Below, one piece after another: positions 9,284 through 19,047 of a stretch of 64,000 nt of DNA. The DNA is taken from assembly GCA_016874735.1 (NCBI GenBank), contig VGTI01000001.1, positions 276,466 through 340,465 of the forward strand, in the 5' to 3' direction. Position 1 is the stretch's first letter. Each line of letters begins with the position of its first letter. The stretch comes from Deltaproteobacteria bacterium. GTDB taxonomy: Bacteria; Bdellovibrionota_B; Oligoflexia; Oligoflexales; CAIYRB01. Made by a program: the position numbers and the translations under genes. The notes under the pieces were generated by a model that did no database searches, was not told the DNA's origin, and worked only from the letters and a program-made list of their open reading frames with translations.

Positions 9284-10162
9284 ATGTTTAAAGCGGTCTT
9301 TCTGATGATTGGCGTCATTTGCACAGGCTTATCGATTGCTTTTGCTGACTATTGGCTGAGTAAGCTAGGACTCAAAGAGCTGGTTGGTGCGCGCGAGTAT
9401 GCGGTCTTTTTTTGGGCCGGTGGTATCGCTCTGACGGGAGCTTTATCTACGTGGTACTTAGCTAACGATATGGCCGTATGGTCGGTTGGAGCGGAATACG
9501 TCAAAAGCGATGAACCATCTTTGGCAAATATCCAGGCATTGGTTGCCGCACTGAGCTTGGCAGCAGGACTAAAGCATCAGCCTAAACTCGCAGTTTACCC
9601 GGTCCAAGACATCAACGCCATCGTCGTAGCGCGGAGCCGGCGGAGCAGCACCATTGCCATTTCAAAGGGAGCTCTCGATCGCGCGGATGATTCACAAATG
9701 CGTGCGATCATTGGTTACTGTGTGACTAAGATAGCGTCAGGTGAAATTATTCCCTTACTGTTGCTGCAAGGCGTAGTCATGGCATTTACGCTGTTCCCCA
9801 CGAGGATGTTTGCACTACTTCTCGGCACCTCGCTGCGTACAGCTGAGGAGGACACCCCATCCGACACGATTGAGCGAGTTTTGACCGCGATTCTAGAAGT
9901 GCTGTTTCTACCGTTTACTGCCTTACTCATCCGTTACTATAGTCGCGAGATTGAAAATAGAGCTGATCGTCGTGCTGCGGCTATTTTGGGTGCTGACAGG
10001 TTTAAGACTGCACTGAAAACTCTAGAGTCTGAATCGGCTCCGAGAGTATTTCGTGAGTCATACGCGCTGCCGCACAAGTTTGGTATGACCAAACTGCCAC
10101 GCCTATGGCTACTTGGATTTCACGCAAGTTACGGTTTGCGCGCGCAGCGACTGGACGTCTAG
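9284..10162 (+). CDS. M48/HtpX-like membrane protein lacking the HExxH zinc site (putative pseudoprotease)
   Basis: Layout matches M48: NAIVVA....AISKGAL...DSQMRAIIGYCVTKIASGE, where HExxH is expected (YCVTK instead). It retains E..AD (REIENRADRRAA) and the C-terminal FHASYGLRAQRL. There is no HExxH anywhere in the 292 aa. Confidence 0.55.
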   Translation: MFKAVFLMIGVICTGLSIAFADYWLSKLGLKELVGAREYAVFFWAGGIALTGALSTWYLANDMAVWSVGAEYVKSDEPSLANIQALVAALSLAAGLKHQPKLAVYPVQDINAIVVARSRRSSTIAISKGALDRADDSQMRAIIGYCVTKIASGEIIPLLLLQGVVMAFTLFPTRMFALLLGTSLRTAEEDTPSDTIERVLTAILEVLFLPFTALLIRYYSREIENRADRRAAAILGADRFKTALKTLESESAPRVFRESYALPHKFGMTKLPRLWLLGFHASYGLRAQRLDV

Positions 10163-10188
10163 TGACGTGTATTATGGCAAGAGACCGC

Positions 10189-11100
10189 TCATTTGCGTCG
10201 TGCTTGGCGTAGCCAGGTGCTTATGTAGCGCGACCGATAGAGCCCTAATAAGCCACCAAGGAAAAGCCCGATCACATGCTGGGTGTTGGCCACACCTGGT
10301 ATGACTCCTACTAAACACAAAACCAGCCATGCCATCATGATAAAAGTGGTGCCAGGCCCGAGTTCATAGGGTGAGTTGTATTGGTGTCGGCTCATGATCC
10401 AAGCGTAGCCAAGCATCGCATACACAACCCCTGACATACCTATAAACATGGGTCCTGTGGCGAGGTACTCGGCGGTATTTACTAGAACCGAAATTATTAG
10501 TGTGAACAGTAATAAAAAGCGTGACCCCTCATGGATTTCCATGGCGCCACCAAGTTGATAGATCCACATCATATTAAACAATAGGTGCCAGATCCCACCA
10601 TGCAAGAATATTGGTGTTACAAGTCGCCAAATTTGACCGTGCATAATCTCTGGGAAATTACCCCCGAGATATTCGGAAAAGTAGAGTAGACGGGAGAATC
10701 CGCCTAGCCCCGGCAGCCCACTAGCTAAAGTGGCGAGAACCGAGAGTCCGATCAGAACGATTGTGATAGGCATTTGTCGTGACGGTGAGCGGGCAAAAAT
10801 CTCATTGCGGACATCAATCATGCGACCGCGCTCACTGACTTTTGCCTTTGACACTGCATTCGTTGTAGTGATGTGGGTGCTGGGTGCCAGAGATTTGGCT
10901 TGAAAGCGAACGTCTTCAGGCGCTGTCTGGAAGTCACGGAGATGCTGCTCAGCAGTATCTAGGTGATCCTCGTTGATGATCCAAATCATAACTTGGTCGT
11001 GATCGTCGTCACGTAGTTCGCAGTCGATACCTTGGTGCTGGAGGAATCTGGAAAACCTCTCTGCATCACCCTTGGGCATGGCCTCACCTAGTCGTCTCAT
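10189..11100 (-). CDS. glpG: rhomboid intramembrane serine protease, GlpG-like
   Basis: N-terminal cytoplasmic domain plus 6 TM segments. Motifs WRLVTPIFLHGG, HLLFNM, catalytic GMSGVVYA (GxSG), HVIGLFLGGLLG. Confidence 0.85.
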   Translation of the reverse strand: MRRLGEAMPKGDAERFSRFLQHQGIDCELRDDDHDQVMIWIINEDHLDTAEQHLRDFQTAPEDVRFQAKSLAPSTHITTTNAVSKAKVSERGRMIDVRNEIFARSPSRQMPITIVLIGLSVLATLASGLPGLGGFSRLLYFSEYLGGNFPEIMHGQIWRLVTPIFLHGGIWHLLFNMMWIYQLGGAMEIHEGSRFLLLFTLIISVLVNTAEYLATGPMFIGMSGVVYAMLGYAWIMSRHQYNSPYELGPGTTFIMMAWLVLCLVGVIPGVANTQHVIGLFLGGLLGLYRSRYISTWLRQARRK

Positions 11101-11531
11101 GCACCTAACTCCCTTTTTATCTGCTGCAACAACTGACTATCTTCGACCTGGTCAAACGGTTTTGCAATCGACCAATCGTAGAACCAGATGGGCTTACTGG
11201 CTAAATCCGGATGTTCATCTTTGTACCGTGGGACCACATGCGCATGTAATGCCGGTTCTAAGTTACCCAGCATTTCATAATTCATACGTACTGCTCCGGT
11301 CACACGGAGTAAGGCATCACCAAGGCGCGCCATGTCACTGAGAAAGCAGTCTCGATCCCGACCGTTCAGGGCATTTAAGTGGGGCACCACTGGGTCTGGG
11401 AGCAGCAAGCAGTAACCCCGCAAGATCTGCCTCTCCCCGAGGATGGCCCATCCCGAATCAAGTCTTGCAATGACATTAGGCAACTGGCCACTGCGCGCAG
11501 CTGTAACAAATTTATGGATAGCGGTAGTCAC
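11097..11531 (-). CDS. HIT-family nucleotide hydrolase/transferase-like protein
   Basis: 144 aa with histidine-triad region ALHAHVVPRY. ATGA overlap with the downstream glpG. Confidence 0.65.
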   Translation of the reverse strand: MTTAIHKFVTAARSGQLPNVIARLDSGWAILGERQILRGYCLLLPDPVVPHLNALNGRDRDCFLSDMARLGDALLRVTGAVRMNYEMLGNLEPALHAHVVPRYKDEHPDLASKPIWFYDWSIAKPFDQVEDSQLLQQIKRELGA

Positions 11532-11565
11532 TTGTGCCGAAGTCCTATGCGGATCAGATCGCTCG

Positions 11566-11595
11566 CAAAAAAGCCACCCAGTCAGACCTGGGTGG
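11566..11595 (-). terminator. rho-independent terminator of the RRM gene
   Basis: On the minus strand: GCCACCCAG-gtctga-CTGGGTGGC followed by TTTTTT. Confidence 0.8.
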
Positions 11596-11680
11596 CTTAA
11601 TAGCCTTAGCGTGTAAAGGCGGATCCTAGATCGCCGCTCGCCACTGTTAAGTTTACGAGTTCATCGATCTAGGGAACCAA

Positions 11681-11995
11681 TTACCAGCGGTTGCCGTCGA
11701 AGCTACCGCGGCTAGAGCCAGAACGTGGGCCGCCGCCGCCAGTGCGTGGACGCTCTTCTGCCTCGTTAACTTTGATGTTACGACCGTCAAGGGCCGCGCC
11801 GTTCATCTCTTGGATGGCGCTACGAGCTGACGTCGCGTCTAGAAAGGTCACAAAGCCGAAACCGCGTGAACGACCGGTCTCACGATCCAAGATAACCTTG
11901 GCTTCGTCAATATCACCGAAACGTGCGAACGCTTGACGCAAACCGTCATCGTTGGTGTTCCAGCTCAAGCCGCCCACAAATAACTTCCTAGTCAT
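11681..11995 (-). CDS. RRM-type RNA-binding protein with short Gly/Arg tail
   Basis: RNP2 KLFVGGLSW and RNP1 RGFGFVTF. I prefer the start at ATG 11995 (MTRKLFVGG) over the ORF-track 12022. Confidence 0.9.
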   Translation of the reverse strand: MTRKLFVGGLSWNTNDDGLRQAFARFGDIDEAKVILDRETGRSRGFGFVTFLDATSARSAIQEMNGAALDGRNIKVNEAEERPRTGGGGPRSGSSRGSFDGNRW

Positions 11996-12327
11996 ACTCA
12001 CTCTTCCCTTGCAAACTGGCACAGCTCAGCCGTGCACTGATCTCTCGACAGCGGCCAAAACCTTACATTTCGACCAACTGAGCCCCACCACGATCGGCAG
12101 GACTAGAGCGATGAGTTACCATATCTGGCGGTCTGCCGCCATGGGAAACAGGGGCTGTCGTGGGCCTTCGCCCATGGTCTTTCAAATAGCATATAGAAGT
12201 TGAGTACTTAAGACTTTCCCTAGGGATTGCAATCAGCTTACATTGATGGGATGATGAATGGATAGGACGTTACTGATAAGGTTATAGCTTAGTTAGCTAG
12301 TGCAATACTTTTAAGGACGAGGGAACC

Positions 12328-13386
12328 ATGAATACCGGAGCAGGCATTGTAGGTGGATTGGTAGTGGGAGCAATTATCGGTTACGGAGCAGCTAGTCTCA
12401 AGGGCGGCGGCAAGTTTGAGGACATCACCCTCTTCGAACTCGACGGCGCCAAGTACAAGGAGTCGGATCTTCCGGCCGATATCCGTTCGAATCTCTACGA
12501 TATCCGCGCTGAGGCGTTCGATCGTCAAAATGCGCTCATCAACCAATTTGCTCTTCAGTTTGGGTTAGCTAAGGACAAGGACAAGAACGTTAAAGCTGAC
12601 TCCATCCCAGCCTTTGATGTGCTAGTCGAGACGCCTGCACCTACCGATCAGGAGATCATGCAGGTTTACGAAGCTAACAAAGCCCGCCTCCCCGAAAATA
12701 CCCCCATCGATCAGGTAAAACCTGAGATCGAGCGTTATCTGCGCACCCAGAAATTGACCGACGCTGTCCGCGCTAAGAATCAGGAATTCGTGGCAAAAAA
12801 GCGCTTTGTTATGTTAGCGCCAGAGCCCACCTCGCCAAAAGTTAATATAGTCTTGGACGGCTACGGTGCCCGGGGACCAGCCGGGTCGCCAAACGTCGTG
12901 GTTGAAGTGGCCGACTATCTCTGCCCCAACTGCCAAGCGATGGCACCTGAGGTGGAGGCCACCTACAAAGAGCTAGGCGACAAGTTCCGCTTTGTGGCAG
13001 TGCCTTACGCGCTTCAGCCAGCTGGCTTGAGTGGCACCTTGGCACGCGGTGCATTCTGTGCCCGTCAGCAGGGTGACGACGCGTTCTGGAAGTACCATGA
13101 GAAGACTTTTGCCACCGCGAAAGAGAAGGGTTGGAAGCTGTCTGACCCAGATTCTAAGGATTTTGTCGTTGCCCTCGCAGCAGAGGCCGGCATCGACCAG
13201 GCTAAAATCGATGCTTGTGTGAATTCTCCAGAAGCCGCCAACTTTGTGAAGAACACCACCGACAACATGCGCAAGTCGGGTGTCACGGGCACACCTAGCT
13301 TCTTCATGAACAACCGTCGCATGTCCTTGGCTAACAAGTCGTTCAAGGATGTTGTGAAGGCCACCGTACAGCCAACCAGTCACTAA
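12328..13386 (+). CDS. membrane-anchored DsbA-family thiol:disulfide oxidoreductase
   Basis: N-terminal TM (GIVGGLVVGAIIGYGAA). Thioredoxin fold with CPNC active site (EVADYLCPNCQ). C-terminal GVTGTPSFF. Confidence 0.8.
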   Translation: MNTGAGIVGGLVVGAIIGYGAASLKGGGKFEDITLFELDGAKYKESDLPADIRSNLYDIRAEAFDRQNALINQFALQFGLAKDKDKNVKADSIPAFDVLVETPAPTDQEIMQVYEANKARLPENTPIDQVKPEIERYLRTQKLTDAVRAKNQEFVAKKRFVMLAPEPTSPKVNIVLDGYGARGPAGSPNVVVEVADYLCPNCQAMAPEVEATYKELGDKFRFVAVPYALQPAGLSGTLARGAFCARQQGDDAFWKYHEKTFATAKEKGWKLSDPDSKDFVVALAAEAGIDQAKIDACVNSPEAANFVKNTTDNMRKSGVTGTPSFFMNNRRMSLANKSFKDVVKATVQPTSH

Positions 13387-13416
13387 GATTCCAGCTTAGT
13401 CGGTTTAGATCCTAGT

Positions 13417-13461
13417 AAATCCAGCCATTTGCGTCCACATGGACACAAATCGGCTGGATTT
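13417..13461 (+). terminator. long hairpin downstream of the DsbA-like gene (terminator or regulatory)
   Basis: AAATCCAGCC...GGCTGGATTT outer 10 bp, plus inner ATTTG/CAAAT and GTCC/GGAC pairs (one bulge, one mismatch). Followed by GTGCT, so only a weak U-tract. Confidence 0.45.
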
Positions 13462-13534
13462 GTGCTATAAGGCGCGGGCTTCGTCAGTGACGAACGCCTC
13501 TAACCTCGACCGACCAAACAGGGACATTTTAGTC

Positions 13535-15151
13535 ATGACACTGCGCCTCAAGGACGTCGAACTCCCAGTCAACGCTGCTGGTGACGACCAGTTGCTTCAT
13601 GCTGTTGCCACCAAGTTGTCAGTCGATCCATCCACGGTAAAGTCGCTCATCATTCGCAAGAAGTCCCTCGATGCCCGGCGTAAAGCTCGGATCGTTTACC
13701 ATTATCAAGTCGATGTCGATGTTTACAACGAGCCCAGCGTTCTTGCCCATGCTGGTGGGGTGGCTGAAGCTGTAGGCCCGGAAGCGGTCGCTGATCCGCT
13801 TGATGGCTTACCTGCCGGCCCTTATCGATTTAGGCACATGCCGATCATTATTGGCAGCGGACCCGCTGGTACCTTTGCAGCGATTGCACTGGCTCGGGCT
13901 GGACAACCCTGTCTAATCGTTGAGCGCGGTGAGCCTGTTGAGCAACGTCTCCGTACGGTTGGAAAGCTCAGGCGGGACGGAAGCTTCGATTCGGAAAGTA
14001 ATTACTGTTTTGGCGAGGGTGGTGCTGGGACCTTCTCCGACGGTAAATTAACTTGTGGTCGTAATCACCCATTGGTCAAATTTTTGTTTCAACAATGGGT
14101 CGACTACGGTGCGCCTGCCGAGATTCTTTACGAGGCTCATCCCCATATCGGTACGGATTACCTCCTGCGTATTGCCAAGAACCAAAGGACGGCACTCGAA
14201 GCTGCTGGCTGTGAGTTTCTCTTCAAGCGTCGCTTTGTTGATGTGCAGAGTGGTGGGACCGAGGCCAGGTACCGCGTCACTCTTGACGACGGTGTCACCT
14301 ACAAGACGGATCATCTCATCTTGGCCATCGGTCACTCAGCGCGTGACACCTACGAGATGTTACTTGATCGTGGACTAGCCATAGCGCCTAAGCCTTTTGC
14401 CGTTGGTGCCCGCTTTGAGCATCCGCAGGAAGTCATAAATAAGATTCAGTTTGGTAGTTGCGAGATACTGCCGGCAGCAGAATATAAACTCGCTGCGCAT
14501 GCTCAAGATCGCGGCATTTGGACCTTCTGTATGTGTCCAGGTGGACATTTGCTCCCGACCAACGCTCAACCCGGACATTTAGCTATCAACGGCATGAGCT
14601 ATCATGCGCGCAACAGTGGTTTTGCTAACGCTGCAGTTGTAGTGAACGTGCTGCGCGAAGATTATTACCGCGGTCATCCCCTTGATGGTGTGAAATTTCA
14701 GGCTGCTATTGAGAAGGCTGCCTTTGCCGCTGGTGGGGGTAATTATCACTCACCTGCTCAGCGGATGGTCGATTTTATGGCTGGCCGCCTCAGTCGTGGG
14801 GACATGAAATCTACTTACGAGCCGGGCGTCACGAGTGCACGGCTCGACAAGATTTTACCGGAATTTATCGCATCAGCCCTGAAAGAAGCCGTCGTCGATT
14901 ATAATAAAAAAATGCGCGGCTACATCGCGCCCGACGCCCTTGTGGTCGGCGTCGAGACTAAAACCTCATCGCCCATAGTGATGACCAGGGACAGAAATCT
15001 CCAGTCAGTCAGTCATCCTGGATTGTTCCCGTGCGGTGAGGGCGCAGGATTTGCCGGCGGCATCGTTAGCGCATCTCTTGATGGCGTGCGCGTTGGGCGC
15101 GCAGTTCTGGATGATGCTATCGATTCAGCGCTAGCTCAGCGTTTGAACTGA
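13535..15151 (+). CDS. FAD-dependent protein (COG2509-like NAD(FAD)-utilizing dehydrogenase)
   Basis: IIIGSGPAGTFAA dinucleotide-binding motif and N-terminal SLDARRK region typical of this family. The ORF-track ATG 13439 sits in the loop of the hairpin above, so ATG 13535 is preferred. Confidence 0.75.
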   Translation: MTLRLKDVELPVNAAGDDQLLHAVATKLSVDPSTVKSLIIRKKSLDARRKARIVYHYQVDVDVYNEPSVLAHAGGVAEAVGPEAVADPLDGLPAGPYRFRHMPIIIGSGPAGTFAAIALARAGQPCLIVERGEPVEQRLRTVGKLRRDGSFDSESNYCFGEGGAGTFSDGKLTCGRNHPLVKFLFQQWVDYGAPAEILYEAHPHIGTDYLLRIAKNQRTALEAAGCEFLFKRRFVDVQSGGTEARYRVTLDDGVTYKTDHLILAIGHSARDTYEMLLDRGLAIAPKPFAVGARFEHPQEVINKIQFGSCEILPAAEYKLAAHAQDRGIWTFCMCPGGHLLPTNAQPGHLAINGMSYHARNSGFANAAVVVNVLREDYYRGHPLDGVKFQAAIEKAAFAAGGGNYHSPAQRMVDFMAGRLSRGDMKSTYEPGVTSARLDKILPEFIASALKEAVVDYNKKMRGYIAPDALVVGVETKTSSPIVMTRDRNLQSVSHPGLFPCGEGAGFAGGIVSASLDGVRVGRAVLDDAIDSALAQRLN

Positions 15152-16285
15152 ATTAGTCGGGAAATCGCGGTCGACCACCGTGATCTCCTGGCGTTTAGCG
15201 AGCCTGTATTCGGCAAAGGTGTCGTCAACGATGTGTTGCCGCATCTCCGCCATCAGTTCGCCGTAGAAGTGCAGGTTGTGCTGCGTAATCATGTGCCAGC
15301 CTAAGCCCTCAGAGGCTTTGGTCAAATGATGCAAATAGGCACGCGTGTAATTTTGACACGTGTAGCAGGTGCACTCGTCGTCAATTGGCACATCATTAAA
15401 TTTGTAAACGCTGCGTCTGAGGCGCACTAATCCCCTGTGGGTAAACGCTGTGCCTTGCTGCGCCAGAGCAGACGGCAAAATACAATCAAACATATCAACG
15501 CCGCGGTGAACCGCCTCAAGCAGATCAATGGGAGTACCCACGCCCATTAAGTAACGTGGTAGATGATCGGGTAGCATCGACGTGGCGAGTCCACAAAAGT
15601 GCTCGCGTTCGTCTTTGGTTTCACCCACGGCTAGACCACCGATGGCAAAGCCGTCAAACGGATGCTCCCTCAAGAAGCTGGCACTCTCGCGTCGCAGATT
15701 CTCATCGCAGGCGCCTTGAACGATGGCGAATAATGACTGAGGACTATCCTCGCGCGCAGCTAAACTACGCAATGCCCAGCGATGGGTCCGTTCCATCGCC
15801 TTTGCGGATACGTCATAGGTGCTGGTAGAGGGCACGCAGACGTCTAATACCATCATGATGTCGCTACCTATGGCGCGCTGCGTCGCAATGCTGACCTCGG
15901 GGCTCAGCAGTATCGCTTTGCCGTCGACATAACTGCGAAAACTTGCGCCCTCTTCAGTGATACGCCGCTCTTTTGGCAGGGAAAAAATCTGAAATCCTCC
16001 CGAGTCCGTTAGAACTGGTCCATCCCAGTTCATGAAACGGTGGATACCGCCAAAGTGACGGAATACTTCCGGTCCTGGGCGCAGCAACAAATGATAGGTG
16101 TTAGCAAGCAGCACTTGCGCCCCAACTGCACGAAGTTCCTCGACGCGCATCCCTTTAACTGTGGCCTGTGTACCAACGGGCATAAACACTGGAGTACGTA
16201 CTTGGCCATGAAGTGTTTGCATAGTGCCAGCGCGTGCCTGCGACGCGGTGGCCGCTGCCACGAGATTAAAGGAGAGACGGCTCAT
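15131..16285 (-). CDS. tgt: tRNA-guanine(34) transglycosylase (queuine tRNA-ribosyltransferase)
   Basis: TPVFMPVGTQATVKG, DSGGFQ, and the zinc site CTCYTCQNYTRAYLHHL. Confidence 0.92.
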   Translation of the reverse strand: MSRLSFNLVAAATASQARAGTMQTLHGQVRTPVFMPVGTQATVKGMRVEELRAVGAQVLLANTYHLLLRPGPEVFRHFGGIHRFMNWDGPVLTDSGGFQIFSLPKERRITEEGASFRSYVDGKAILLSPEVSIATQRAIGSDIMMVLDVCVPSTSTYDVSAKAMERTHRWALRSLAAREDSPQSLFAIVQGACDENLRRESASFLREHPFDGFAIGGLAVGETKDEREHFCGLATSMLPDHLPRYLMGVGTPIDLLEAVHRGVDMFDCILPSALAQQGTAFTHRGLVRLRRSVYKFNDVPIDDECTCYTCQNYTRAYLHHLTKASEGLGWHMITQHNLHFYGELMAEMRQHIVDDTFAEYRLAKRQEITVVDRDFPTNSVQTLS

Positions 16286-18096
16286 GTCAGTTTGCTTTCG
16301 AGCTCTGCCCAGCGGGCATATAAGTTGTCGACTTTGGTCTGAGCTTGTTCAAGCGCAGCAAAGGCTTCGGTGGATTTAAGAGCAGACGTCGCAACGGCAG
16401 GATCTTCGGCCTGACTTTGCGCAAGTTCGAGCGCTGCTTCAGCTGCGGCTATGGCCGATTCCATGCCGTCGTACTCTCGTTGTTCGAGATAGGACAGGCG
16501 CTTCGTGCTCGGTTTTGGGCGAGTAGTATTCTTGCCATTAGCGGCTGACGAATCGGCGGCGCTCTCCGTTTTATCCGACGAGCGTGTCTTACCTAGCGTG
16601 TCCTCCCACTGCTCGATGTCAGCAAAGAGTCCCACGTTACCCGTGCCATCGAGACCAATGAGGAGATTTGTGATCTGGCCCAGAAAATAACGGTCATGCG
16701 AGACAAGGACTATAGCACCTGGGAAATCCTGCAGACTCTCTTCAAGAGCCTCAAGAGTGGGGATGTCAAGATCGTTGGTCGGCTCATCCAGTAGAAGTAC
16801 ATCAGCCGGAGCTAGCATCAGCTTAGCCACTAGGGCTCTCGCTTTTTCACCGCCGGAGAGATCCTCGATCCGCAGCTGTAGTTGCTCGGGACGAAACTGA
16901 AAACGCCGCGCCCAACTAGCAAGATGGATGGAACGCCCGCGAAAAACGACCGAGTCACTACCATCGCCAAAGAAATCGCTGAGCTTTACTGCTCCGTCAA
17001 GTTTGCTCCGCTCCTGATCAAAGTAAACAACTTTAAGGTTATCGGCAAAATCAATAGCGCCGCCGTCAGGTTTAGATTCTCTCGCAAGCAGCTTAAGTAA
17101 CGTCGTCTTACCGGTACCGTTGGCGCCCATGAGGCCAATGCTCATGCCGGGCATGACGACAAAACTTAGGTTGTCGACGATGGTACGATCACCAAGACGA
17201 CGCGAGACATCTGTTAACTCTATCAGGCGTTTAGTTTTGCGACCGGTAGCGCTGAAATCAATTCTCGTCTCGCGATGGACTAGCCGCCCTTTAACCGCGT
17301 CAAGATCCTGAAGCAGTTTATTGGCTTCATCAATCCGGTACTGCGCTTTTGTCGTGCGCGCTTGCGCACCGCGACGCAGCCAGGCGACTTCACGACGGGC
17401 CTTATTTGCCAGAGTTTCGGACAGGCGTTGCTCACGTTCAAGATATTCAGCACGTTTTGTCAGGAACGACCCGTAATTACCATCGCTGATAAAAGAGCCA
17501 GTTGGATAAATGGGAGCCACTTCAAGAATGCGTGCAGCCACGCGCTCGAGCAGATAGCGATCATGACTGATCATCGCCCAGGCAAACGGCGCATGCTTAA
17601 GCACGCGCTCGAGCCAGAGGATGCCCTCAAGATCAAGGTGGTTGGTAGGCTCGTCGAGCAGCATGACGTCAGGTGCCTGCACCATGGCTATGGCGATGCT
17701 GAGACGCTTCTTCCACCCACCGGATAGACTGGAGATTTTGGCACTGGGATCAAAGCCAAGTTGCCCCTGCAGTTTTTGACTGCGGGCGCTAGCCTCGTCG
17801 GGATTGAGCGCTGAAGACTTAGCCGCCGCCGCGATAAGGTCACCCACTGTCTCGTCTGGCGGGAATGCCGCGGTTTGCTCGATGTAGGCAACGCGTAGGC
17901 CCCGCTGCCGCGTGATCAAGCCGCTGTCTGCCTCCTCGAGCGATGCAAGTAAACGCAAAAACGTAGACTTCCCAGCCCCATTGGGACCGATGATACCGAG
18001 GCGTTCCCCCGCGCTAACAGTCACCGATAGGGACTGGAACAGGGAGCGCCCATGGTAGGATTTGGCTAGATTTTGGCAGCTTATGAATATCGACAT
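16282..18096 (-). CDS. ABC-F family ATPase (Uup-like, C-terminal coiled coil)
   Basis: Two ABC cassettes (GPNGAGKST/LSGGWKKR and GANGTGKTT/LSGGEKAR), no TM segments, and a coiled-coil tail. ATGA overlap with tgt. Confidence 0.9.
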   Translation of the reverse strand: MSIFISCQNLAKSYHGRSLFQSLSVTVSAGERLGIIGPNGAGKSTFLRLLASLEEADSGLITRQRGLRVAYIEQTAAFPPDETVGDLIAAAAKSSALNPDEASARSQKLQGQLGFDPSAKISSLSGGWKKRLSIAIAMVQAPDVMLLDEPTNHLDLEGILWLERVLKHAPFAWAMISHDRYLLERVAARILEVAPIYPTGSFISDGNYGSFLTKRAEYLEREQRLSETLANKARREVAWLRRGAQARTTKAQYRIDEANKLLQDLDAVKGRLVHRETRIDFSATGRKTKRLIELTDVSRRLGDRTIVDNLSFVVMPGMSIGLMGANGTGKTTLLKLLARESKPDGGAIDFADNLKVVYFDQERSKLDGAVKLSDFFGDGSDSVVFRGRSIHLASWARRFQFRPEQLQLRIEDLSGGEKARALVAKLMLAPADVLLLDEPTNDLDIPTLEALEESLQDFPGAIVLVSHDRYFLGQITNLLIGLDGTGNVGLFADIEQWEDTLGKTRSSDKTESAADSSAANGKNTTRPKPSTKRLSYLEQREYDGMESAIAAAEAALELAQSQAEDPAVATSALKSTEAFAALEQAQTKVDNLYARWAELESKLT

Positions 18097-18195
18097 CGCG
18101 CGCCACTATGGCACCGACGTCGATAAATCTCAAGTCCTCACTCCGCATCCTGCAGATACAGAGTTTAGGTTTAATTTCCGCTTGCTTACATCGGA

Positions 18196-18792
18196 CTAGA
18201 GTTGATTCATCGCCATCAAGCCGATCGCAAACATGCCAACCACAATCAGACCAATCAGCAGACGAGGTGTCCAGGCACTGTGATAGATTCCAGATAACGA
18301 TGTTTTCGTAGTCTCAGGAGATTTAATCAGGCGCAGGTTAGCCCTCACCGGGAGCGCCAAGCCTGGGGTTTTCGATGCTTTGGAATGGTTCCCGACAGTG
18401 TCCTTAGTGGTAGCACTCAGGGTTGGTACCGAAGCAGGGCCTATGATGCGGTAGACGTCGTGGCTACAGTGGCCGCACTTACCGGTTACTGCTCTACTAC
18501 GGTTGTCCAAGATCACGGTATGCGCATTCTTGGTCGGCGTGTGAGCCTGACACTTAAGGCAAAAGGCGTCTGGATAGTGACGCTTTTCGGCGCCAGTCAG
18601 TGGTGCTGTTGCCGTTGCCGCCTTGATTTTTGGCATGATGCGGTAAACTTCCGACGTGCAATGGGCGCACAGTCCCTTCAGCGCGCGCGTCTGATTGGCG
18701 AGTAGCACCGTGTGTTTCCCTTTTGTCTCGGTTTCCGTTCCGCATTTGACGCAGTAGGCATTTGGGTAGTGTTCAGAATCAGAGTGCTGCAT
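18196..18792 (-). CDS. tail-anchored membrane protein with two tandem DUF5679-like zinc ribbons
   Basis: HYPNAYCVKCGTETETKGKHTVLLANQTRALKGLCAHCTSEVYRIM is repeated as HYPDAFCLKCQAHTPTKNAHTVILDNRSRAVTGKCGHCSHDVYRII. C-terminal TM LLIGLIVVGMFAIGLMA. ATG 18792 has AGGAGA 7 nt upstream. Confidence 0.65.
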   Translation of the reverse strand: MQHSDSEHYPNAYCVKCGTETETKGKHTVLLANQTRALKGLCAHCTSEVYRIMPKIKAATATAPLTGAEKRHYPDAFCLKCQAHTPTKNAHTVILDNRSRAVTGKCGHCSHDVYRIIGPASVPTLSATTKDTVGNHSKASKTPGLALPVRANLRLIKSPETTKTSLSGIYHSAWTPRLLIGLIVVGMFAIGLMAMNQL

Positions 18793-19047
18793 CTTCGTGT
18801 CTCCTTGAGCGCAGACGACTATGCTACTCAGCAAAAACGAAGCCAGTTTATAAGTGTCCAAATTTATGAGTGTTTATACTTGTTAGATTCATGGGGCCAG
18901 CGACTGATAGCGCGACAGGTGTAAAAACTTCATGCGGCCGCAGAGCAGCATTTGCTCGATGTTGGCATTGTGAATCATGGCTCGGGATGATTATAGTCTT
19001 AGGTAACGCAGCTAAGTACCTGAACTATCTCATAAATAGGAGCCATC

